Assembly: GCF_000485595.1 (NCBI RefSeq)
Contig: NW_014577088.1
Coordinates: forward strand, 1,032,337 to 1,069,037
Reading direction: 5' to 3'
Source of the DNA: Priapulus caudatus
Taxonomy: Eukaryota
DNA: 36,701 nt
Below, in pieces: positions 1 through 10,088 of the stretch (the stretch's first letter is position 1; the number at the start of each line of letters is the position of its first letter). A program made the position numbers and the translations under genes. Below the pieces are notes generated by a model. It saw nothing but the letters and a program-made list of their open reading frames with translations. It made no database searches and had not been told where the DNA came from.

Positions 1-1219
1 CGCTACGTATATTGTCACTATGTATATGTGTATATATAGAAACAACGTAGCTTTGTAAAAAAAAAAAACGTGACGCAGTACGTTTTGTAAAATAAAAGCC
101 GAAAATCTGGTAATTAATTAAACCATTCGTGCTTCAATAAACTAAAAATTCACAGAAATCATAGCTAAGACATGTGTTTATATGTATCTATAATTTTAGA
201 AATGTAACTCAAATCGTTCGCGAGATATTAGGGAGTTTTATGTATATATGCACTTCTCCTAATTAAACATGTTTATACGCTGAGTAAAAGAAATGTTACG
301 TGTTCAGTGTTTATTGTTTATTGAATTCGAAATTTTTCACAATGCTTCATTTCACTCTAGCTCCCTCTCTCTCTCTCTTTCTTGTAGTCAAATACAAGTT
401 CCCGCTACTTTTCATTTGGTAATTGTCATTGAACATTACACACACCCACACGCGCACACGCAAACACACACGCGCACACGCGTACACGCGCACACGCACA
501 CACGCACACACACGCACGGCACGCACGCGCACACGCACACGCACACGCACACGCACACGCACACACACACACACACACAAACACACACACGGCACGCGCC
601 GCGATTAGTCACCGAACACAAATCTGTTTAACAACAATACGCAGACAAGATTTCGTTTACAATCAATTAGCATATCCAGGAACTGGCTACAAGTATTTCA
701 CACGACGCCGGCTGGCGTGGTAACCAGGTGTGAAGTGCACCTGACGCGGGATGATACCGCGCGTACGTATATTTCTGGTAATTAATTAAACTGTTGCTTC
801 AATAAAGTCAAAATTTACAGAAATCATAGCTATGACATGTGTTTATATGTATCTAGAATTTTAGAAATGTAACTCAAATCGTTCGCGAGATATTAGCCTA
901 TGACGATACCGCGCGTATATTAGCCTATATATGACAATACCGCGCGTACGTATATTTCTGGTAATTAATTAAACTATTCGTGCTTCAATATACTCAAAAT
1001 TCACAGAAACCATAGCTAAGACATGTGTTTATATGTATCTAGAATTTTAGAAATGTAACTCAAATTGTTCGCGAGATATTAGAGTTAGTACACGAGTTAG
1101 CCGGCGAACCGAGCTCACCGATCTCCAGGCGCGTCAACCCATCTCACGAATCGAGCTCATGCACCGATCCCCAGACGCGACAACTCGCCACACGTACCAA
1201 GTTGGCAGGTGAACCTAGT
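1..1219 (+). mobile_element. Non-autonomous Helitron-like element or cluster (5' end not seen) with a triplicated ~120-bp module
   Basis: Module CTGGTAATTAATTAAA...AAATCGTTCGCGAGATATTAG occurs at ~108-230, ~776-897 and ~958-1082. There is a ~45-bp direct repeat at ~1110-1195. The region ends in an imperfect hairpin (CTCGCCA...TGGCAGG) followed by CTAG|T at 1215-1219, resembling a Helitron 3' terminus. Confidence 0.45.
437..600. repeat. (CA)n/(CACG)n compound microsatellite
   Basis: Directly visible; explains the HT/CV-rich ORFs at 293-631. Confidence 0.95.
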
Positions 1220-1487
1220 TGACACGTGAGCGGATATCATCATGTAAATATGACAAAATTGTGTTGCTTGTTAATTGCCAGACATGTGAAAATGTCATGT
1301 TAAATGTTTCACTGTCAAAAGTGGGGAATTGGATAGATAGTTTTCCTGTGAACGATTTTATGATGTGAGGATGAATGATGAAGTGATCCTGTGAGGATGT
1401 ATGAAATATGATAGTGCAAATTATTAAGATAGCTGATAAATTGTGACGGTGCATATTGAGTTATTCAGTTGATTATGTTACTTGAAG

Positions 1488-1554
1488 GTGTTGTGCTGGA
1501 CGCTCTCACAGAGAAAGAGGGCCCAATACATTCGGCTTTCCTCGCCTACTACAG
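1488..1554 (+). CDS. PPP1R36: PPP1R36-like exon (first seen in window), phase 1-2
   Basis: ttacttgaag|GTGTTG...TACTACAG|gtgcaa; VVLDALTEKEGPIHSAFLAYY. The donor is weak but the frame fits the next exon. Confidence 0.75.
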
Positions 1555-2316
1555 GTGCAAATGTGACAGAAGAATGGTAGTTTAATGTTAGACTCCTACA
1601 GTAGATGAAAAATGCACAAATGCATTGCAAACCTGTCTCAATAGTTTTCATGTGTATTTTTGATGCTGTGGCTGTAGAAAATCTTAGTTAATGTGGGTGG
1701 CATAGCCAAAGGTTTTGACAAATAATTATCTGGAGTACAGCTAAATTCTGGCATTAGATCAGGCATTTGATAGTTGTTGGACCCAACTTTTGGAAATCAT
1801 TTTAACGTTCGTAAAACATCATCCCTGCCATGTAGTAGTACGAGTACTCACTTTAATTTATACTGCTCTATAGATATTGTGCGTAATATAGAGTATATAT
1901 GGAATCTTCTATTGCATAATACGTAATGAACTGTGAGAACAGCTGTATGGTTGTACGTATACACTGCCTGTATTGCTCATCCCTTGACCAGCAGATAAGT
2001 ACTGACTTATACAAAAGAAAGTCACGTCAAGAAATAACAATGTACAGTTTTTGACAAGGACCATGAAGAGAGAGAGCGAGAGAGAATATGTGTGTGTGAG
2101 AGTTTATACATGTGCATTTCTTTCTGGCAGTTCGGAGCAGTGTGATGCCCTACTGGTTTCCCTGCAGCAACACTTCCACTGGTTCTTTCAAAGAGTCGAT
2201 GTTGAGGAGCAGCAGGCTAACATGCCAGTGTACGTGAATTCTCTCTCCCTCCCTTCTCTCATCCACTTCCCCCGGCCTCCTTTCCTCTCCTACCCTACCC
2301 CTCCACTCTGTCTCTG

Positions 2317-2355
<39 letters not shown>

Positions 2356-2379
2356 TTCCTCTCCTACCCTACCCCTCCA

Positions 2380-2460
<81 letters not shown>

Positions 2461-5400
2461 GGCCTCTCTCTCTCTCTTCTTGCATCTCGCTTTCTCCTTC
2501 TTGCCTTCCATCTCCCTTCCTCCCTTCCTACCTTTGTTTCCCCCTGCATCTCTCTCATGTTACAAGCCATGCATGCATGTATTTAAAAATCTGGGCATAT
2601 AATATTAATAACACTTTTTCACAACAAAATCTTATTTTATATGTTATTTCAAATCGAAAAGTCCACCTGGAGCTGCCGAGAAACAGGAATTGATTGAGAT
2701 AGAAGCCAATCTGGAGAAAAGCTTGAAGCGAGTAGGTGAGACATATGCCACCATTATCCTGGGTTTGGGAATGAGCAAGCAACATCACATGGATTGTGGC
2801 AGGTCAGTACGTGCTCCTACACAGGGTTCTTATGGGTGCTTGAAAACCTGGAGAGTTTGGGGATTTTAAAATTACATTTTTTTGGTCTTGAACGTACTGG
2901 AAAATGTGCTATTATTGTGTTATATTATGTTTTTTGTTGTATTTATGTTTATTATAAATTGTGTACAATTTTATAAGTTGATAATAATAAGTTCATATAT
3001 ATTATAAATTAAGGTATTGAAGATGTAGCAATCTGTACTCTATGAGAAGCAATAAAACTTAATTAAAACGTAAATTGCTTAAATATTGGGGTCATGGAAA
3101 ATTCTCATACCACTGTTTTGCCTCGTTGTACGAACCCGTTTATACTTCTCATATGTTTATTATACTATTGCTGAAACATCAAACTTTTAGATGTCAATAT
3201 TGTGTTTTTAAGAATATCTGATATTTTATTAATAGATTGCTTGATTCCCAAATGTGTTGACTGATTTATCAATTCAATTCGATATATGTAAAATTTAATG
3301 CAATTCAATGTTCGATATGTAATGATCATATTTAATCAGTGTAGTAATATATGTATAATGTAGTGCGGTTGCAAATAAAAAATTTACATATATATCTAAT
3401 AATTATGCAATAAATAATATAAGGAACCATTCACCTATAGTAAAATCTAAACGTTGAATTTTTATATTCATAATTTTGTTAAGGTCAAGAGTATCTTCTA
3501 CACATAGAGACAGAACAACATTTGAGGTGTGTTAAAAATGTCATTTTGACATTGCATTTATTTCGTCTTTCTTTTATTAGAAATATTTAGCTCTGCTAAC
3601 ACAGCAAATTGCAAAGTTTGCAATTATACGTGTCTACGGTAAGAGATCAATGGTTGGTGCACCTGGGGTATCGCTCTGCCTTCATTCGTGTTCAATCTAC
3701 GATCTCGTGTAAGATCCACTTAGGGATTTAACCTTTCACTGATGATGATAGTGTCGTGTGATTGACCTTGAAGAGGGTTGCCGTAGCTGTCTCTGATCGA
3801 ATGAATATAGTGCATCCAATGCATCTGTCGAAATGATGCTAGAGTTATATTACATCTTGTCAGGAGCGTATTAAGTAATTAAGAGCGTATAGTAAGCATA
3901 CTTAATGTTTATTTGTGTTCGCAGTTGTTATACTTGTTCTGTGCTAATGTCATCAACGTCACATTCAGACGTCGTGACAGCGAAGCCATTGGTGTGGAGA
4001 TTGGAAAGTGAGTTAATTCTTAATTACATGAGGTGTCGGTCACTACATCGTTTTTCTGCACGTCATTCTTACTTTTTTCTCACATGTCTTTCTACTCTGG
4101 TGCTACTGTAACTAACTCTACTGTTACTTGATGTGAAGGTACAATAATTTTTTAGGATGTTTTAGAGGCAATATTTTGTATGAGCATGCATAGTGACATG
4201 AGCAATTGCAACAAAGCCTGCTGAGTATGAAGTTAAACTAATTAACTTTTATCAGTTATAACTAATCACATCGAGTGACATGCACACAAACGCGAGACAA
4301 TAAACCTACCGTGTATGACCTAATTGAACTAAACAATTCTGAAAGCAAACATGACAATCATTGATTGACATGGGCACATCACTGAACCTGTGTTGTTAGT
4401 GGAGAGTGGTGCCTCGTATGTGTTTTGCTTTACAAGTTCTACATGATTTATGAGATAACTTCTTTGAGTATTACACAATCTTGAATATTGTTATCGCAGT
4501 AGTAAAACACACAAACGTTATTTTTGCTCAGAATTCTGAGATCCGACATGTTCAACCCAGCACTCAGGGTTAGCAGAGAGGGGACAGTATTTCCATCCAA
4601 CACGCAAACAGAACATATCAAGTCATGCACTGCCACTGTGTAAGTAGCATACAGCTTCTGTCCCAGCGTCTTCCAACTTTGTTTACAGCTCTGCTAAAAC
4701 TTCCTGTAAGCAAACTATGGTCTTCTGCTGGTTTTCACAGAATCCTTTTGAAAGGGCTTATCCCAGCTCCATCCAGGCTATTGCCACATCTTCCATTTAC
4801 CTCTTGCCTTATTTTCCTTTTCTCCTACTGCTTCAAGTATATTATCCAATGTATTACTGATTTAACTGCTTTCATACCAGAAACTAACACAACTGATATA
4901 ACATGTTTATTTGTAAAAGAGCAGTTACTATAATGGACTAATTTCACTGTACAAATTAATTACATACTATTTGTAATAAAATGTGTTCCCATCATTTTGC
5001 AGGAAAAGAGCGTCAGTAAAAACTATCATGTAGTAAGTATTATCAAGATGCACTAGCTCTTACCATAGATTCACATGCACATACTCATTTACCGACAAGG
5101 ACCGGACATATGCTAGAATGAAGCCATACTTGTTGCAGTCAGAAGTCACCAGCTCTCCGCTCGCTGCTACCATCAAGCAAGGAGCAAGCTCCATGGCTTT
5201 TCCACACTAGATTCCTGCATGGACAGCCAGGGCTTGAAAAGAGGTAGATATCAGGAGTGTGCGATGGTAGAAAGGCTAGGAATAGTCGAATGTTGCAGTT
5301 CAAGTACCACAATAGTAAAGCACTAAACCTTTTAATGCTAAGTAATGTCACTTTCGTTTTGCAGATTCACTTCATCGATGCACGATGACGATGATGGTGA

Positions 5401-6691
5401 CAATAGCACTTACATCATACCAGATAAGTAAGTATGCAAAAGTAATAGAAATAAGATGAAGGTATATGCATTCTCATGACACACAGCAAGGTTCGGTTTG
5501 GCGAGTCCGACTGATTTTATTAAGAATTTTACGCAACTCGGCAGGGGTGTGGGAGGCCTAATGCCCTAAACACGTAGTACGCGCTTGCATGTATGTATGT
5601 AACATGCATGTAACCAAAGACCATATGCACCCAATTGCACTGTGTTTGCAGGTGAGTACATGTCTTACCAGACCGTACATGCATTGCAAACCCGTGAAAT
5701 GAGTGATTGATGATATTTATCACTCGCGAGATCAAAACATTACAATACCTGCCGAGTCGTATGTGGCCGATTGGAGCAGTTGTCGCTAGTATCGCTACAC
5801 AAAATACGTTTGCAAAGATGTGACAGCATGCCGAAAAGCTTCCATACAACGTTGAATACAATTTACACCAATACGACAGTAAACAGCTATAAACTGATTT
5901 TGGTAGACGATGCGAATAATACAGGTACGAAATAAGCTCAAGAACGTATACTTTTGTATTTATGCCAAAGTTTGAAGGAAAAAATCAGTAAAAATGCAGT
6001 AAAATACGTGTCAAGCTCCTTTATGATTATTTACTCCTGATATATGTATAATATATATATATTATATATATATATATCATTTAAGAATGCATGTTGTTTA
6101 TGGACGATTGTGAGAGGGCCCTGGAAGGGGTTGTACCCCCTGCCAATACATCAATTTTTTACACAAAATAACGTTATATATCTGGACACTAATGGGAGGG
6201 TTTCACCCAATGAAAAGAGTGAAAAGAAATCAGAGGGATATAGATAAAGCTGGAAATTATAACATTTTGGAGGATTTGTGGGATGTCGCATATTACCTTT
6301 AGCACCACGCACATGCGTGCGTTTGTGTGTCTGTTTGCGTACATGTATGTTGTTGCTGGTGTGCGTGTGTGTGTGTGTGTGGGCGTGCGTGCATGCGTGC
6401 GTGCGTGCGTGTGTGTGTATGCGCGCGTGCTGAGTTTATGCGTATGTATTTGTTCATGGTATTAGATAGAGTAAATTTAGACTATTGCTTTATGTCCACC
6501 CCTATACACACGCATGCATGAATGTATGCATGCGCAGTCTCTCTCTTCCTCTCTCTTTGTATTTGTCTAATATCTACATCTACCATTGCAGGATAGGTAT
6601 TGTAGGCGAACCATTGAGCTTGTTCCACTCTTCCACACTTTCCCCAATTGATGCGGAGTCTGAGAATAATGGTGAACCGACATCTGAATAA
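1488..6691 (+). CDS. PPP1R36: Protein phosphatase 1 regulatory subunit 36-like (PPP1R36/C14orf50 family), 5'-partial, 10 coding exons
   Basis: Exons 1488-1554, 2131-2229, 2662-2802, 3484-3526, 3925-4007, 4532-4639, 5003-5032, 5139-5243, 5365-5427 and 6592-6691 have AG/GT borders and compatible phases. They join into one frame: xVVLDALTEKEGPIHSAFLAYYSSEQCDALLVSLQQHFHWFFQRVDVEEQQANMPVPPGAAEKQELIEIEANLEKSLKRVGETYATIILGLGMSKQHHMDCGRSRVSSTHRDRTTFELLYLFCANVINVTFRRRDSEAIGVEIGKILRSDMFNPALRVSREGTVFPSNTQTEHIKSCTATVKRASVKTIMYQKSPALRSLLPSSKEQAPWLFHTRFLHGQPGLEKRFTSSMHDDDDGDNSTYIIPDKIGIVGEPLSLFHSSTLSPIDAESENNGEPTSE*. Colinear motifs (YxxxxLGL...HHMxCG, FRR...ExG..R..MFN, SP...LLPS..E.A, GI.GEP...F...TL.P.D.E) match vertebrate PPP1R36 as I recall it; no database search was run. 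Confidence 0.9.
2131..2229 (+). CDS. PPP1R36: PPP1R36-like exon, phase 2-2
   Basis: tttctggcag|TTCGGAG...CCAGT|gtacgt; SEQCDALLVSLQQHFHWFFQRVDVEEQQANMP. Confidence 0.85.
2300..2480. repeat. (CT)n microsatellite in intron
   Basis: Directly visible. Confidence 0.95.
2662..2802 (+). CDS. PPP1R36: PPP1R36-like exon, phase 2-2
   Basis: aaag|TCCACC...GGCAG|gtcagt; PPGAAEKQELIEIEANLEKSLKRVGETYATIILGLGMSKQHHMDCG. The acceptor is purine-rich, so the exact start is less certain. Confidence 0.85.
2822..3138. mobile_element. Degenerate hAT-like MITE in intron
   Basis: Left end CAGGGTTCTTA and right end GTACGAACCC(G) form imperfect TIRs around an AT-rich core; no target-site duplication (TSD) recognisable. 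Confidence 0.45.
3484..3526 (+). CDS. PPP1R36: PPP1R36-like exon, phase 2-0
   Basis: ttttgttaag|GTCAAG...TTTGAG|gtgtgt; SRVSSTHRDRTTFE. Confidence 0.85.
3925..4007 (+). CDS. PPP1R36: PPP1R36-like exon, phase 0-2
   Basis: tgttcgcag|TTGTTA...GGAAA|gtgagt; LLYLFCANVINVTFRRRDSEAIGVEIG. Confidence 0.9.
4532..4639 (+). CDS. PPP1R36: PPP1R36-like exon, phase 2-2
   Basis: ttttgctcag|AATTCTG...ACTGT|gtaagt; ILRSDMFNPALRVSREGTVFPSNTQTEHIKSCTAT. Confidence 0.9.
5003..5032 (+). CDS. PPP1R36: PPP1R36-like 30-nt micro-exon, phase 2-2
   Basis: cattttgcag|GAAAAG...ATGTA|gtaagt; KRASVKTIM. Confidence 0.85.
5139..5243 (+). CDS. PPP1R36: PPP1R36-like exon, phase 2-2
   Basis: tgttgcag|TCAGAAG...AAGAG|gtagat; QKSPALRSLLPSSKEQAPWLFHTRFLHGQPGLEK. 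Confidence 0.9.
5365..5427 (+). CDS. PPP1R36: PPP1R36-like exon, phase 2-2
   Basis: cgttttgcag|ATTCAC...GATAA|gtaagt; FTSSMHDDDDGDNSTYIIPD. Confidence 0.85.
6592..6691 (+). CDS. PPP1R36: PPP1R36-like terminal coding exon
   Basis: ccattgcag|GATAGGT...GAATAA; IGIVGEPLSLFHSSTLSPIDAESENNGEPTSE*. Candidate AATAAA signals lie downstream (~7098, ~7271). Confidence 0.9.
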
Positions 6692-7259
6692 ATGTCTTAA
6701 TTGTAGCAAACAAACTTCTGACATTCCACTTTCTATTTTATTCCTCACGCGGTGGATCTCTGCTCTCAGGCTAAAAACGCTACAATAATACTAACTCTGT
6801 AACTAAACAAATTGTTCGTTTATGTAAATTACAACCGTTAAAAAGGCTGTACAGCGCTGCCACTTATCACCATCTAGTCATTACCGCCTATATGTTTATA
6901 ACGGTGTAGTTTGCTGCTTCAACCATGTTCTGAAAATTAGGATAACTGTTGCAATGCAATAGCATTAGGAAATGACAACAGATGGCGCTGCATGATGCAA
7001 TCTTGTAGTCTGGGCTCTGGTCTGTGTAAAGTGTGGATACGGACAGCATTGCAGCAAGCGGTAATTGAAATAGTGTACTTATATTGCGTTTTGATAAAAT
7101 AAAAATGAATGCATCAAAGAAATATTAAATGAATATTTGTGGGTAGAGTTGGATGCGGAATCGTCTTGAGTAGCAAGGATTTTGACGGCAGATCAGTGTG
7201 TTGGAGCATGTAACAAAAAGGGCGCAAAAAGTATCGTGATCTTGAGCACAGTCACTTCA

Positions 7260-7450
7260 AACGTTTCAATAATAAAATGATGGCAAATAAACACGAGATG
7301 TATTTACTATCAATTAAAGTGTTAATGTTTCTCTACTCTCTTTTTCGCCTATTATAGTAATGTTTCTGTAAATTCTGTTCAAATGCTCCTCTACAACACG
7401 TTCACCACGCGAACGCCGCTTTGCACAAACGACAAAATGATTATTCTTAT
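7260..7450. mobile_element. Single arm of the foldback MITE family also present at ~22140-22535, abutting a (TA)n tract
   Basis: AAACACGAGATGTATTTACTA...TTAATGTTTCTCTACTCT...TTCGCCTATTAT matches 22158-22222; (TA)n follows at ~7448-7525. Confidence 0.6.
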
Positions 7451-7469
7451 ATATATATATATATAGGTA

Positions 7470-7517
<48 letters not shown>

Positions 7518-8765
7518 TATATATAGAGAGAGAGAATAGGTATTATTCTATATAAGGTAGGTACTCTTGCAAACAGCGTGTCAAATCTGCTCATTCGTGC
7601 GATTAGTTGCAATATACTCGTAATTTCTGTCATTCATTGCAAGCACACCCACGGGTTTTTCGTGAAAGCTCGTGTGGCGCAAAGCAGCTTACGATGCTGC
7701 AGTAATTAACATCAGGGTTTATAGTTGTAGACGTGCGTACACTAGGGGAAAGTCGAGTTGTGTACACGCGGTGTGTAACGGCTGTAAAACGACATATAGT
7801 AAAGCGCAGCGCGTCTCGAAGGATCGGCTGGCGATGATGCAAGCAGATGTGTGTGCATTTGAGTTTAATGTTAACATCGCTGGCCCCATGGCTACTGCGA
7901 TGGTTATTAACAACCATAAATATTCTATAAAGAGTGCCTATATGCGTCACACCTGAAGTAGAGCAGCCACGCTTGCACAGGTGGTGCAGATGGAGATGGC
8001 ATATTATAGGTCCGGGATTATGTTGGTATTCCGTCATGAGCCGTGTGTGATTTTCCGAATATGTGAGGATCTGCCACCATCAGCAATATGCACCCATAGT
8101 TACCTACTTAGTATAAGGACTTTTGTAATGGGTAACGAATGGTATCAGCCAATGATATGCAAGGATGAGATGCTTAGAATCAAGAGCGTATAAAGAAGGA
8201 ACTATCCGGCCGGATCCCCAATTTTTCAAAGTTCCGGTTCCGGCCGGAACCCTTCAGGAACAGTCGGCTGGAACCGGAACTTTTTCCTAATTTCATTTCT
8301 ACTACAAGCGTCATCAAGATCAAAAGATCAGTCACTGAATGTAGTTGAGCGTCAATAGAGTCAACTTGCTGACAATATAGTGTTAACAACTTCACACTAT
8401 TCTCCCCCGAAAACGTTTGCCACTTGAACATCGGCTAACTAACTGAACTGAACCTAACTGATGTTAGGTGATTCAAGTGATTTTCTTTTAAAATAAAATA
8501 CTCTTAGAGCCACAGGAATGGCATCTGTTTGTTAGTTGAAAATAATTGACTAAAACCAGGGATACTGCAACATGCAGGTTTTGCTACACAATTCGCTCGC
8601 GAATAAGATTCCAGAATTATGCACTGTAAGCAGATGATTCATACACCTAACAACCATCCTGTAATTAGAACTTTGTACGGAGTGCGGAGTCGATTTTCCA
8701 CGAAGTGCGGCGTCAGTCTAAAGCGCCGCCCTATGTGCTGCGTGCGGTGACCCTGCCGATGAAGC

Positions 8766-8800
8766 CACAGACTAACGAATAGTATTCGTATTAGTCTGTG
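8766..8800. mobile_element. 35-bp palindromic micro-insertion with apparent target-site duplication
   Basis: CACAGACTAACGAATAGTATTCGTATTAGTCTGTG flanked by ATGAAGC (8759-8765) and GTGAAGC (8801-8807). Confidence 0.6.
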
Positions 8801-9997
8801 GTGAAGCCTCAGTGGACTGGCATTCACTACGCACGCGGCTGTATCGCTCGTATACGATCTTTTGTGATGTATGAATTCTCGTGTCATGTGGACATACAGT
8901 CTGCTACTTTGGACGTTGCTACGAAGTAAATGAACTGGAATCGTTATAGTTTTGTTTGATTGAGCACGCAGCCATATGTTTATGTTTCCCCCTATGCTGT
9001 ATAGCCGTGCAATGTCGCTACGCTTATCGAACAGCCGTGCTCTGTTGTGATATTGCTCTGAATATAGTATTCACGAGCATTTTACACGTATATTGTGCGT
9101 TACTCTGCATGTACTCCCCTTAGGCGTGTATAGTATTGTTTGATATGCTGTGTACAGGACGTTGACCTTCACACTGTCATGTGTACTTAATCTGGCGTCC
9201 CCTGTTATAATGTTTGCGTCCAACAGGATACTGAATTCCCCTGCTCCCCCGCACGGGTTATATACCGGCATTCAGCACCCCTTGCTAATGCACCCGGCTT
9301 CACACATACGGCGTTCATCGGTACTCAGTATATCTCTGTATACGAACACATTAGGTGCGTCCGCGTCTGCCCGAGCTTTCGAAATGTCGATTTTCTTCCT
9401 GAAAAATATTTTTATGCGCGTCTGCTTCAAAACTGACTGCTGTCAAGATTTGACTAAACTGCTCGTCGGCGGCGCTTCCGCCGGATTCCTTCTAATGACT
9501 TCCTCGCAATACTGACATTGCCGTGCCTGAGCGATGAGGGGAGGATGCGGCGTGGGAGAGAGACGCGCGCAGAGTAATGCGGCGGCGGTATGTTATGTGT
9601 GCTCCCGGGAGATGCATGGCTGTCAATGGCACCGCCATCGCTGCGCTGCTGCTACGTTATACGTAATACTGTTAATACTTGTAATACGTTAATACTGCCG
9701 TCGTTATTGGGTGCAAGCTCGCCACTACCCTCTCCCAGCTCCGCGTGATCAGCTGTGTCTGATTTTTTTGTAACCGCGTGCTTTGCAGTCATATTTACTC
9801 GGCTTCTTGACATTTTGTACTCGCTTTGAAGTTTCTCGTCGTGCGCTATAAGTAGACTAGACGCTACGTATTATCGTGTGGGATTTTATATGGAAACCAT
9901 GCTTCTCGCTGCGACAAACCACACGTAAACGCATCAAGTTCACCATCTCGCTGTTGGGGTTATTTTTAATAAAAAATACAAGCGCAAACGGTGGCTA

Positions 9998-10038
<41 letters not shown>

Positions 10039-10042
<4 letters not shown>

Positions 10043-10088
10043 AGTAGATAATAGGGAATTTCTACTAATAGGGAATTATCTACTTCTG
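10039..10088. mobile_element. 50-bp inverted-repeat mini-element inside a (TA)n tract
   Basis: Perfect arms CAGAAGTAGATAAT / ATTATCTACTTCTG, TAATAGGGAATT present twice, TA repeats on both sides. Confidence 0.55.

Noticed and set aside
293..631. His/Thr- and Cys/Val-rich ORFs (also at 6283-6521, 14286-14694, 15931-16550, 23316-24803, 27074-27625, 35608-36691)
   Set aside because: Translations of CA/GT microsatellites; open in several frames on both strands.
2051..2602. 183-aa ORF as a stand-alone gene
   Set aside because: Only 2131-2229 is exonic; the rest is intron and (CT)n.
9150..9515. 121-aa ORF and adjacent GC-rich stretch
   Set aside because: No recognisable motif and no consistent splice partners; the minus-strand frames I checked are closed.
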